Origin: Chiloscyllium plagiosum
Lineage: Eukaryota
Direction of reading: 5' to 3'
Length of the DNA: 64,000 nucleotides
NCBI RefSeq assembly: GCF_004010195.1
Contig: NC_057711.1
Location: forward strand, 73,422,736-73,486,735
Positions 24,420 to 35,003 of the stretch are shown here, piece after piece. The notes under the pieces were generated by a model. The model had not been told where the DNA came from and ran no database searches. It saw nothing but the letters and a program-made list of their open reading frames with translations. Both the position numbers and the translations under genes were made by a program. How positions within the stretch are numbered: position 1 is the first letter of the stretch; every line of letters starts with the position of its first letter.

Positions 24420-26880
24420 GTAGGAAGCCTATAGACCTGGACTGACAATCACACCATACAGGTAATATGCCAGGCACCATCATCACCATCACTGGGTATG
24501 CCCTGTACCACTGGCTCAGAGGTTTAGTTGACAGGGAGTTGACCTGGGAATCAACAAGGGCAAACGTAGGCCAGGAAACCTCCTGCTGATTATCACGTGA
24601 TGTCCTTCCGCATCTGATAAATCAGCACTTCTTTAGGTTAAGCGACACTTAGAGGAAGCATGGAGGATGACATGGGGACAGAATGTACACTGGGTAGGGA
24701 ATTTCAATGTCCACCACCAAGAGAAGCTCAGCAACGGCACTATTGATTGAGCTGATCAGGTCCTAAGGGACATCGCTGCCAGACTAGGCCTGTGACAGGA
24801 AGTGAGGGAACCAAGACGTAAACATATACTTGACCCAATCTTAAGCAATCTACTTGCCACAGATGCATTTGTTCATGGCAGTATAGGTAAGAGTGACCAC
24901 CCCACCGTCCAAGTGGAGAAGTAGTCTTGCCTTCATGTTGAGAACACCCTCCATTGTGTTGTGTGGCACTACCACCATGCTAAATGGCACAAATCTTAAA
25001 CAGATCTAGCAACTCAAATTGGGCATCCACAAGGCACTGTAGGCCATCAGCAGCAACACAAATCCAAAACAATCTGCAACCTCATGGCCTGGTATATCTC
25101 CTACTCTACCATTACCATCAAGCCAGGGGATCAACTCTGGTTTAATGAAGAGTGTAGGAATGCATATCAATAGCAGCATCAGGCATTCATGAAAAAAAAA
25201 GAGGTATTATCCTGGTGAAACTACAAAACATGGCTATTTGTGTGCGAAAAAGCATAGTTAAAGCCATGTGATTGCACAACCAAAGAATTGGATCTAAGCT
25301 TCTGCAGTCCTGCCATTCATGACCAGAAGCAGACAATTCAACATCTTAATGGAGGAGGAGGCTTCTTGCATATCTCCAAGATCAAGAATGGGGGAGCCCA
25401 GCACATCAGTGCAAAAGATGAGGCTGAAGGATTTGTACCAATTTTCAGCTAGAAGTGCCAAGTGGACGATCATCTCAGCCTTCTCCAGAGTCTCCCAGAA
25501 TCATAGATGCCAATCTTCAACCAATTTGATCCTCTCCACTAGATATCAAGAAACAATTGGATGCACTGGATGCTGTAAAAGATTATGGGCCCTGACAACA
25601 TCCTAGCAATAGTATTGAAGACTTGTGCTCCAGAACTTACCACACCATCATGACAGTATCACTGCAAGCATTGTTCAGGGTAGTGTTCTAGGCCCATCCA
25701 TCTTTAGCTGTTTCCCTCCATTATAAAGGTCAGAAGTGAGAATGTTTGCTGATGACTGCACAATGTTCAGCACCATTTCTGACTCTAAGATACTGAAACA
25801 ACCAATTTTCAAATGCAGCAAGATCTGGACAAGATGCAGGCTTGGGCTGAATAGTGACAATATTCATACCACACAAGTCACGAACAATAACGATCCTCCT
25901 TTGAAATTCAATGGTATTACCATCACTGAATCCACATTAACATCATCCTGGGAGTTACTTTTGACCAGAAAATTAATTAGACTAGCCATATAAATACAGT
26001 GGCTACAAGAGTAGGTCAGAGGCTATGAATACTGCAGTGAATAACTCACCTCCTGACTCCTCAAAACCTGTCCACCATCCACAAGGCACAAGTCAGAGTC
26101 TTGATGGCATACTCCCCACTTGCATGGAACGGTGCAGCTTCAACAACACTCAAGACACTTGACACTACCAGAACAAAGCAGCCTGCTTGATTGGCAGTAC
26201 ATCCACAAACATGCATCCCTTCCACTACCAATGCTCATAGAATCCCTATAGTGTGGTAGCAGGCTATTCACCCATCAAGTCCACATCACCCCTCCAAACA
26301 GCATCCCACCCAGACCCACCTCCTCACCCTATCACTGTAATCCTGAATTCCCCATCGCTAATCCACCTAGCCTGCTATGGCCAATCTCCCTAACACCTGT
26401 TTGGATTGTAGGAGGAAACCAGGCCAATGGAAGAAACACACACACACACACACAGTGCAAATGCAACACAATCACCCAAGGCTGGAATTGAACCTGGGTC
26501 CCTGGCGTGTGAGGCAGCAGTGCTAACTACTGAGCCAGCATGTTGTCCTACTAGTGGCAGAGGGTATCAATTAAAAGATACATTGCGGAAATTCAACACG
26601 GCTTTTAAAATAGCATCTTCCAAACCCATGACCACATTCATCAAAAGGATAGGGCATCAGATACAGGAACTTCACTACCTGTATGTTCCCCTCCAAGCCA
26701 CTCACCATCCTGTCTTGGAAATATATCACCAGGTCTTGCACTGTTGTTAGGTCAAAATCCCGGTAGCATGCATCTACAGCATGTGAACCGCAGCTGTTTA
26801 AGAATGTGTCTCGCCATCATCTTCTCAAGTAGCAACTTTAAATGAGCAATAAGTGCTGGCCCAGCCAGCAACACCACATC
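24420..26880 (+). mobile_element. CR1-group LINE (second lineage), EN to 3' end, decayed with internal deletions; interrupted by a SINE
   Basis: GNFNVHH and IGKSDH endonuclease motifs, PWFNEECR-like linker, GSVLGP, MFADDCT RT motif, HKAQVR; 3' end as at 3225. Confidence 0.8.
26237..26548 (-). mobile_element. HE1-type V-SINE
   Basis: Reverse strand begins ggctcagtagttagcactgctgcctcaca...ccaggttcaattccagcc (tRNA A/B boxes), then V-domain and CR1-like tail. Confidence 0.85.
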
Positions 26881-27695
26881 TAACATAACATCTTGATTAT
26901 TTCATGAAATGTTGTTTACCCCTCATGCCCTCTCTGAATTTACCTTGTCAACGTGCCCAAATCTCCATTTTCTCAGTCTTATGTCCACTAGACTGTTATC
27001 CAACTTCCCCTCCTGGTCCCCATATGAGCCGATATTGTAAACTGGTTCTCTCTCTTCAGGTGTACGTCTGTGTCTTTAATGTCACCACCCTTTTCCTCCA
27101 AGAAAGAAATCTGACCATTCTCTTTCCGAAGTCTTTGTACATGGTGTCACCTGAAATCTGTTTCTATCTTTTCCATAACTTCATGTTTGGATCACCCAAT
27201 CAAAATTCTGCTCCTGCCACAATACCGAAGTGTATCTTATCAAAAATCACAGAAGACATGCTACATGACTGCAACAAAGGTAAACATTGACTCTATTTAC
27301 AACCTTTTACAGCTGACCACATACTCCTCCATGTTTTTTTCACTGTTTGGGCTTGCCTTCCCCATCTCCATTTCATACTATCTTATCATCATCAGACAAG
27401 GACTTGAAGCAGCTTCTCTTTCTGCTCCTGCTCTGTTGCTTCTGTGGTCCCGTAAGGATTTCTTTTCATACCAAAATGCTTTCCCTTAGTGACTTATCTG
27501 AAGCCACTGCATTAGTTTGTGTGCACACACTAATGCCCCCCAAGTACCATCCCTGGTCTCAACTCCAATTAAGTTAAATTATCCCACTTTTAAAAATGCA
27601 TTCATAGGATATGTTCTCTCTGAAGTGGATACAAAAGATCCCATACCACCAAACAGACTCCTCTTTATCTCCTGGTCAAAAATGACAAACATATT

Positions 27696-28072
27696 AAGTT
27701 AAAAATCACACACCAGGTTATAGTCCAACAGATTTAATCGGAAGCACTAGCTTTCGGAGCACCACTCCTTCACCAGGTGGGTGTAGAGGACACATTGTAA
27801 GACACAGAATTTATAGCAAAAGTTTACAGTGTGATGTAACTGAAAGACTCAACAAACAATCAAGGTATTTTTCAATGTATAATTTCAGTTACATCACACT
27901 GTAAACTTTTGCTATAAATTCTGTGCCTTACAATTGTGTACTCCACAACCATCTGATGAAGGAATGGCGCTCCGAAAGCTAGTGCTTCCAATTAAACCTG
28001 TTGGACTATAACCTGGTGGTGTGTGATTTTTAACTTTGTACACCCCAGTCCAACACCGGCACCTCCAAATCA
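27696..28072 (+). mobile_element. fold-back mini PLE, family A (second copy), with HHR motifs on both arms
   Basis: 27696-27845 is the reverse complement of 27883-28036; plus-strand core CTGATGA (27953-27959)...CCGAAAGCTAGTGCTTC; same tail as the 6291 copy. Confidence 0.85.
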
Positions 28073-28329
28073 TAAAACATTAATTAGTGATTTATATCTT
28101 TCCCACTGGTTCAAATGCCTGGAACTCCCTCCCTAATAGCAGTGTGGGGGTACTACCATCTTCTCAAAGGCAATTAACAATGGGTAATAAATAATGCTCA
28201 AGAGTCATACAGCATGGAAACAGACCCTTCGGTCCATGCCAACCATATATCTTAAATTAATCTAGTCCCATCTATCCGCTCTCTAGGGGGCAGTTCCCAC
28301 ATCTTGTGAACAAACAATTAAATTAAAAA

Positions 28330-28482
28330 TGATTGCTATTTGAGGGACTTCACTGTGTGCGAATTGACTACTATAGTTCCCTGCACTACAGTGACCACTT
28401 TATCAAAGTACTTCTTTGTCTGCGTAGAGCTTTGGATGCTGTCAGATTGTAAAAAGTACAATATAAATACAAGTTATTTTCT
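28330..28482 (+). mobile_element. Deu-domain SINE 3' part
   Basis: ctgtgtgcgaattgact...acagtgaccact...aaagtacttc...atataaatacaagt. Confidence 0.55.
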
Positions 28483-29608
28483 TAACATTTATTTACTTAA
28501 ATATTAATAAAATATCCTTCTTTAATCTATAGATTTGTTTGAATTTAATTCTTAAAACCATAAAAACATGTCTGGTCTTATTAACTAAAAGTAGCGCTGG
28601 TCACTATCCAAAGGCCCTTAGTGGAAACACGTGCAGATTTCAGATGAACCTGGTATCACAGCCAGGGTGATTCGAATAGTCAAATCGACTGACAGCACCT
28701 ACAATGGTTACTAACTGAACGGCGTACCCAGGCAAGTCACCAGAAGATGACCTGCATGATGGAATCATTCTTTAGCTAGGAGACAGTACCTTCCAGGCAG
28801 GTAAAGGAAGGGTATAGGTAAAAGTCTGTTTCCCAGGGAAATACATTCCCTTGGGCGGGGGCCACAGACTTGCTGCAAACGTGTAGGTGAAACGCAAAGT
28901 CTGAAGATTCTTTAGACAAGGCTTATCCCATTCTAACAGGACATAGAGATTCGCTCAATCTCAGTAATTTTAATGCAGGCTGTTCATGTGGTTATCATAT
29001 CTCAGTTTAGTTCATGGCGATTTTTCTATTCTGTAACAGGCATCAGTAAAAACAGATGTCAAATGACCAATCTCGCTAATCACATTTCTCGAGGTGTACT
29101 TTCCGATTTGAGATGCGAAAGGTCTTTGCTTCCATTAAACATTTCTGCTCTGTAATTGACACGACTTTGTTTTCGCGCGGGCAAGGAGACAGCCTCTGAC
29201 AAGTCTTTATCGACCAGGACCAAATGTAATATTTTTTTGCTCTCAGCAATTATGAATAATGCATAAATCTATAAAGTATTGTATGCATCTTGGTGAATTA
29301 CATACTGACTGACTGTAAAGTAGTAAAGTCTGTTGCCTCTAGAGCATTTATCCGGGTTCACATACTAAATTAAGAGGTATATAGAATTTAATACGCAGGC
29401 TGCGGTTCAAGTGAATGCACACTACAGTCAGAGAGGAGAAATCTCGGGATGTAGGTCTGTTTTCAGGACTGTTCAGCGGAGAGAATCTGTCTTTATAAAG
29501 ACACTGCTCGTAAAGTTCACGGTCAGAGAGCAGCCTAAGGCAAAGACAGGAAGAAGTTCAAGATTGCAGCGTTTGTAGTGACAGACTGAATTCTATTATT
29601 GAGCCATA

Positions 29609-29723
29609 ACACCCAAGGTTGCAGCGTAAAAGTAAATGTCCAGGATCTCTTGCAAACAATCCTTCGTGTGCAAAACACTTTATGGCTGCAGTCTGTTAAA
29701 TATGCCAAAATTGCAACAAAATG
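29609..29723. repeat. 115-bp direct repeat, copy 1
   Basis: Ungapped match to 30388-30502; 15 mismatches by hand count (~87% identity). Confidence 0.95.
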
Positions 29724-29732
29724 AAAACTCAC

Positions 29733-30200
29733 CCACTCACTGAAGGCTTTTTCCTTGGGTCCGAGCCTGTCTTTTCTCCCTGTTTCAGTTAAGCGGGAGG
29801 GTTGGAGGAAGGAAGGAAGGAACTTTCGCAATGGTAACCTTGTATGCAATGCTCGGAGAAAGATGATTCATAAAGAGGAAAGCAGCTGCTCGCTAGCCGA
29901 GACCAGGATGCGGTTGCCTACCGCTGCCGCTCCCGGAGCCCAGCCTTTGGAGCCCAGTGATTGACAGCGGCCGCAGCCACTCGCCAGAGCGGGTTGACGA
30001 ATCATAGGAGGCGGCTCGACAGCCTCCCCCAATCGGCAGTAAACCCACAGAATGGGGCTCGCACTCAGCAGTTCAGACATAAAGCAGAAGGGCGCTTACT
30101 CTCCCGGCAGGCTTGCAGTAGGGCATTTAATTTGCATTTCACTAGCGCCTTTCACGGGCCCTGGACGCATCAGAGTGCTACCAATGACGTACGTGCAACT
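29733..30200 (-). promoter_or_regulatory. CpG-rich promoter and putative non-coding first exon of an unidentified leftward gene
   Basis: The clearest CpG/GC-rich non-TE patch in the window. Octamer ATTTGCAT 30130-30137, CCAAT 30181-30185, CRE-like TGACGTA 30185-30191; two minus-strand GTGAGT donors after 29741 and 29733. Confidence 0.65.
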
Positions 30201-30264
30201 TGGAAGCCCGATTTGAGCACCAACTGCAAAATAATAGGAACCAAACAGTCTCAGTGATGTTGGT

Positions 30265-30340
30265 TGACGATTATCTGAAACGTTGACTTTTCTACCTCCC
30301 GGCTTATTTGTTGTGTTCTTCCAGCCTCCTGCTTATCTAT
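30265..30340 (+). mobile_element. decayed PLE pLTR/HHR remnant
   Basis: tgacga...tgaaacgttgacttttctacctcc...tgtgttcttccagcctcctgcttatcta; matches the reverse of the 51145-51230 pLTR end. Confidence 0.55.
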
Positions 30341-30387
30341 GACGGCTAAATATTGGCCAGGATCCTGATTACTTATTTGAAATAATG

Positions 30388-30502
30388 ACACCCAAGTTTA
30401 CAGCCTAAAATAAAATGTCCAGGATCTCCTACAAACAATCCTTCGTGTGCAACGTAATTTATGGCTGCAGTCAGTTAAATATTTCAAAATTTCAACAAAA
30501 TG
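30388..30502. repeat. 115-bp direct repeat, copy 2
   Basis: Ungapped match to 29609-29723. Confidence 0.95.
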
Positions 30503-30612
30503 TCATGAATACTTTTTCAATTTAATATCTTCCATCCGCGCCACCCCCAGACGAAAAAACCTATTGGAAAAGGCTCCCTGTTGAAATTGACTATTGTCTG
30601 ATGAAGAATTAT

Positions 30613-30701
30613 GCTTAAAAATGTGTTACTGCAAAAGCGCAGCAGGTCAGGCAGCATCAAAGGAGCAGGAGAATCGGGCATAAGCCCTTCTTCAGGAATC
30701 A
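30613..30701 (-). mobile_element. tiny PLE pLTR remnant (family B) with 14-bp flanking duplication
   Basis: aaagcgcagcaggtcaggcagcatcaaaggagcaggagaatcgggcataagcccttcttcaggaat resembles 32135-32218; tgatgaagaattat at 30599-30612 and 30702-30715. Confidence 0.8.
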
Positions 30702-30829
30702 TGATGAAGAATTATTACCAGCCATAGGACATTTTAGTAGTTGGTTTAATATTAATTTATTGCCAACTTGCAAATCTGTCCCATTAACCACCTTGTCGGT
30801 TGTGGTGCAGATAAAATTTGGTGATTTTG

Positions 30830-31245
30830 AGGCAAAAGCGATTCTAAGTTCAGGATCCAGACAATAGTTTGAGAACAAACATCCAGCCTCACAATCCAGT
30901 GTATTGCTGCAGTATCAGAGGTGTTACCTTTTAAATGAGACGTTATTCTGAGGTGCCTACTTGGCTGATCCCATGGCGAAAATCAGGAAAGTTATTTCCC
31001 GTATCCTGAACTATTTTTATTCCTCAATTCGTATTACAGAAGCAGATTGCCTGATTATTTTCTCATTTTTGCGTGAGGGAAATGTGTAAATTGCCTGCTG
31101 CATTTTCTGTTTTACAAGTGGCCACGCAACAAAAGTACTTCAAATGAGATTATTTAAAGTCTCTCCAACTGCGAAAGTATTTCAGTTTTAAAGCATGTTG
31201 AGACCTCTAGTGGTCACGAAAAGTAGTAGATAAGTGGAAATGTCC
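30830..31245 (+). mobile_element. near full-length Deu-domain SINE (SacSINE1/AmnSINE1-like)
   Basis: cagaggtgttaccttttaaatgagacgtta...gatcccatggc...agcagattgcctgattatt...tgtgtaaattgcctgctgcattttct...aaaagtacttca follows the recalled DeuSINE consensus order. Confidence 0.65.
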
Positions 31246-31287
31246 TTTTAAAGATCAAATTCATTAAGCCACAGACTGAAAATGTAG

Positions 31288-31850
31288 TGGATGAGGTTGT
31301 AGATTCGTTCGCGGAGCTGGTGTGGTTTTCTGCAGCTTCACTTAGGCAACATAGTCAGTGAGTCTTCGGTAAACTGGTCTACCCCACCTGGTATTTCTGT
31401 GTCTCTTTTTTTGGTACTTCCGGTTCTGTATCTGAGTGGTTTGTACAGGGGGTCCAGTTCAATGTGTTAATTGATTGAGTTCTGTTTGGAGTACCAGGCT
31501 TCAACGAATTTTCTCCCGTGCCTCTGTTTTGCCTATGATGGTTACATTTAATACGTGTCCTTCGCTGTCTGTGTGAGAGAATTCCTTGAAGCCTGGCATT
31601 CCAACCAGAACTCAATCAATTAACACATTGAACTGGACCCCACGTACAAACTACTCAGATACAGACTGAAAGTATCAAAAAACCGAGGCACATAAATATC
31701 AGGCGGGATAGACCACCGACACTTTTATCGAAGACCCACTGACGATGTCACCTTGTGATACAGCGAAACGTCTGCAGAAAACCACACCCGTTCGGCGAAC
31801 CAATCTTTGACCTTATGCACAATACCAGCCGCAAAGTTTTGCAAAAACTC
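31288..31850 (+). mobile_element. fold-back PLE remnant, Poseidon/Penelope-type (family C), with GIY-YIG C-terminus and HHR
   Basis: 31288-31516 is the reverse complement of 31575-31820. The plus arm encodes REFLEAWHSNQNSIN*HIELDPTYK (end of the PLE GIY-YIG endonuclease); HHR CTGACGA 31739-31745...GAAACGTC 31765-31772. Confidence 0.85.
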
Positions 31851-32552
31851 GATAGAGTGCATGATTTTTCTGGTGTGTTTTCATTTTAGTACACGTTAGA
31901 AAGGCATAAATTGTGCTGTGAATCAACAGGAAGGCTAGAATAAAGATGCATTATGAACATTTTATTGTGCTAAATTCTAGAACGGTGCACATCAATAAAC
32001 TAATAAGTACCTGTAGGATCTCTTACCGCTGCAGGTTGGACTTTATTAAATATTTTCATTATTAAGAAAATAACAGTGAAGCCCAATAAACACACCTATT
32101 AATCATGAAAGACTACTACCCTGTGTCTGGATTAGTGGTGCTGGAAGCGCACAGCAGTTCAGGCAGCATCCAAGGAGCAGCGAAATCGACGTTTCGGGCA
32201 AAAGCCCTTCATCAAGGATAAAGGCAGTGAGCCTGAAGCGTGGAGAGATAAGCTAGAGGAGGGTGTGGGTGCGGAGAAAGTACACTCCTCCAAACGTAGC
32301 ACCTCCGCCCTCAGATCCCACCCCTCCAACCGTAGCACCTCCGCCCTCAGACCCCACCCCTCCAACCGTAACAAGGACAGAACGCCCCTGGTGCTCACCT
32401 TCCACCCTACCAACCTTCACATAAACCAAATCATCCGCCGACATTTCCGCCACCTCCAAACAGACCCCACCACCAGGGATATATTTCCCTCCCCACACCT
32501 TTCCGCCTTCCGCAAAGACCGTTCACTTCGTGACAACCTGGTCAGGTCCACG

Positions 32553-32719
32553 NNNNNNNNNNNNNNNNNNNNNNNNNNNNNNNNNNNNNNNNNNNNNNNN
32601 NNNNNNNNNNNNNNNNNNNNNNNNNNNNNNNNNNNNNNNNNNNNNNNNNNNNNNNNNNNNNNNNNNNNNNNNNNNNNNNNNNNNNNNNNNNNNNNNNNNN
32701 NNNNNNNNNNNNNNNNNNN
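32553..32719. other. assembly gap (167 N)
   Basis: Run of n inside the young PLE. Confidence 1.
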
Positions 32720-33002
32720 GAATACTTCAACCCCAGGGCATCAATGTGGACTTCAACAGTTTCCTCATTTCCCCTTCCCCCACCTCACCCTAGTTCCAAA
32801 CTTCCAGCTCAGCACTGTCCCCATGACTTGTCCGGACTTGTCCTACCTGCCTATCTCCTTTTCCACCTATCCACTCCACCCTCTCCTCCCTGACCTATCA
32901 CCTTCATCCCCTCCCCCACTCACCCATTGTACTCTATGCTACTTTCTCCCCACCCCCACCCTCCTCTAGCTTATCTCTCCACGCTTCAGGCTCACTGCCT
33001 TT

Positions 33003-33040
33003 ATTCCTGATGAAGGGCTTTTGCCCGAAACGTCGATTTC
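33003..33040 (+). ncRNA. hammerhead ribozyme motif (type I minimal, dimer-type stem III)
   Basis: CTGATGA(33007-33013)-a-GGGC/tttt/GCCC-GAAAC-GTC; perfect core and stem II, self-complementary ACGT stem III, GUC cleavage triplet. Confidence 0.8.
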
Positions 33041-35003
33041 AAAGCTCCTTGGATGCTGCCTGAACTGCTATGCTCTTCCAGCACCACTAATCCAGAATCT
33101 GGTTTCCAGCATCTGCAGTCATTGTTTTTACCGTGCGGAGAAAGTGAGGTTAGCATTCATGAACATTTTGGTCAGCATGGACCAGTTTGGGCCAAAGGGC
33201 TTATCTCCATGCTGTAGGACTCTATGACTCTATGACACAAGTCAGTTTGAACATTGGTGATGTAGAGGTGGGGTGCTGGACTGGATTTCCACAAATCACT
33301 CAAAATGCTGTCTGATTTCTTTTCTTAAATGTTTTCCTTAGTAGTTATTTAATGTCTAAGACAAAGTGAAATGTTATTAAATATATTAATTAATAAGACG
33401 ATGTATTAATTGAATTGATTCTATGCATATTTTAATGCCTTTAATGAAGATTTTAATTGTTGGTCTTATATTTAGTAAAGGTCGATGCTTAGAACCTTTT
33501 TGATGAAACTTACGACATTGGGCTGAGTTTGGATTGTTCAATTTGAGCATTTGCCTAACTCCCCAGGATCCCTCTGTATGATACAGTAGGTATATTGATT
33601 AAATGGTTTTCATGTTTACCTTGTAGCATAAGAAAAACTTTTTTAAAATAAATACATTTCAAAACTGCAACATTAAGGAAAGAATATTGCCACCCCAGTT
33701 AGCCACTAAGTTGCATGGCATCAGCCAAAGGAGAGCTGGCACTGAGATAAAGAACTTGTAGCAAACAGAATCTATTTACTTGGTAAGGAGTGAAAAAGAA
33801 TCAACTAACTATGCAAATAAGGTAGTTGAAGTAACACCTCCACAACTATAGCAAGTAGAGTTCATGACCAAACTAAAGCAAAGACTTCTGACAAAAGTTG
33901 CATTATTCTTCCAACAAACTGCTGTAAATGGGGGAGAGTTACATAATTCAAATTAAGAAAGTCAATCTCATTTACTTACAGTAGCACAGATTTCAAGCAT
34001 GGTCAGCAGTGAATGATCTATTCTGGCAAAGACTTGCAGATCTCATTAAAAGAAAGGTTTGTGTGTGAGAAACAGAGTGAATAAACATTAGTATTCTGAT
34101 GGCATGCTTATATTTTGTTTCAGTTTAGTTTATGTGTTTAACCTGAGTAACGTTGAAAGAAAAAGGCACAGAATACAGCAGTTCTGGGCCAGTAGGGGTG
34201 GTAAAACAATGAGGACGAGGAAAGGGCAAAACAAAACAGTGGATGGAAATAGAAAAGATTAGAAAGAGTAAATGTTAATGTTCAAGGAAAGAAATGGAGA
34301 ATTTTCACATATTTGTGTTATCGATCTTTACCTTGTTGACCGTTAGAAAAGGTAATGACTAATTAATTCACTTTTGAGGCAGAGAAGCAGACAGACACAT
34401 AGTCTACATCTATAGTCCATTTTGAAGGGAGATTTTCAGAGTCATATTGAATCTAGAGGTGTTTAGAAATTACAAACAGGACTTGATTATTGAAGTCTCA
34501 TTCCAGTTACTGGTGTTGACATTTTTCTTGACTATTGCATAAGGATGTGGGCAGCATCCCTGTACTCTGTGTCCCCAGCTCATTCAGCTTCATTATTGGT
34601 ATAGGCAACTCATAACCCTCTGTACTATTTGCAGAGTTGCACTACTGTTTAGATGACATGGCCTGAAGTTGGGAGCATAGTGTGGATTCAGGACTCTTTA
34701 GAAAGGTGAGTTTATTGGTATTATCTGAGTTCCAAGAGACCCCTCCACATCCCTTTCATGACCCTGTGCGCTCTCACACCTCTCATGCTGCCTCCAAGCA
34801 TACCCTGATGTTAAAAGTCCCCAAGCCCCTCCAGACCCATTCATCATTCTGCAGCATGTATAAAATCAATGACCCATCTAATAACAATGCTTAAGTTCTG
34901 AATTGCTGAAGGTTAAAAAAATGCCAATTAGAAATCAGCTTGGCAAAAAACTGCTATTTATTGAACACTAGAAATGTATAAATCATACACAGACATTCAG
35001 AGC

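Larger units (their letters stand above)
32126..33132 (+). mobile_element. young 5'-truncated Neptune-type PLE (family B) with inverted 5' pLTR
   Basis: ORF RNKDRTPLVLTFHPTNLHINQIIRRHFRHLQTDPTTRDIFPSP...RDNLVRST-[gap]-ILQPQGINVDFNSFLI (RT thumb/linker and EN C-terminus); 32126-32282 is the reverse complement of 32940-33096. Confidence 0.9.

Noticed and set aside
29535..30257. Short ORFs over the CpG island (69-104 aa)
   Set aside because: Overlapping on both strands, no recognisable protein; expected in GC-rich sequence.
32269..33145. gtgcggagaaagt at 32269 and 33133 as a TSD
   Set aside because: The first copy lies inside the inverted pLTR arm rather than at the element boundary, so it cannot be read as a simple TSD.
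33495..33530. C/D snoRNA boxes (TGATGA...CTGA)
   Set aside because: Boxes only ~16 nt apart, no terminal stem.
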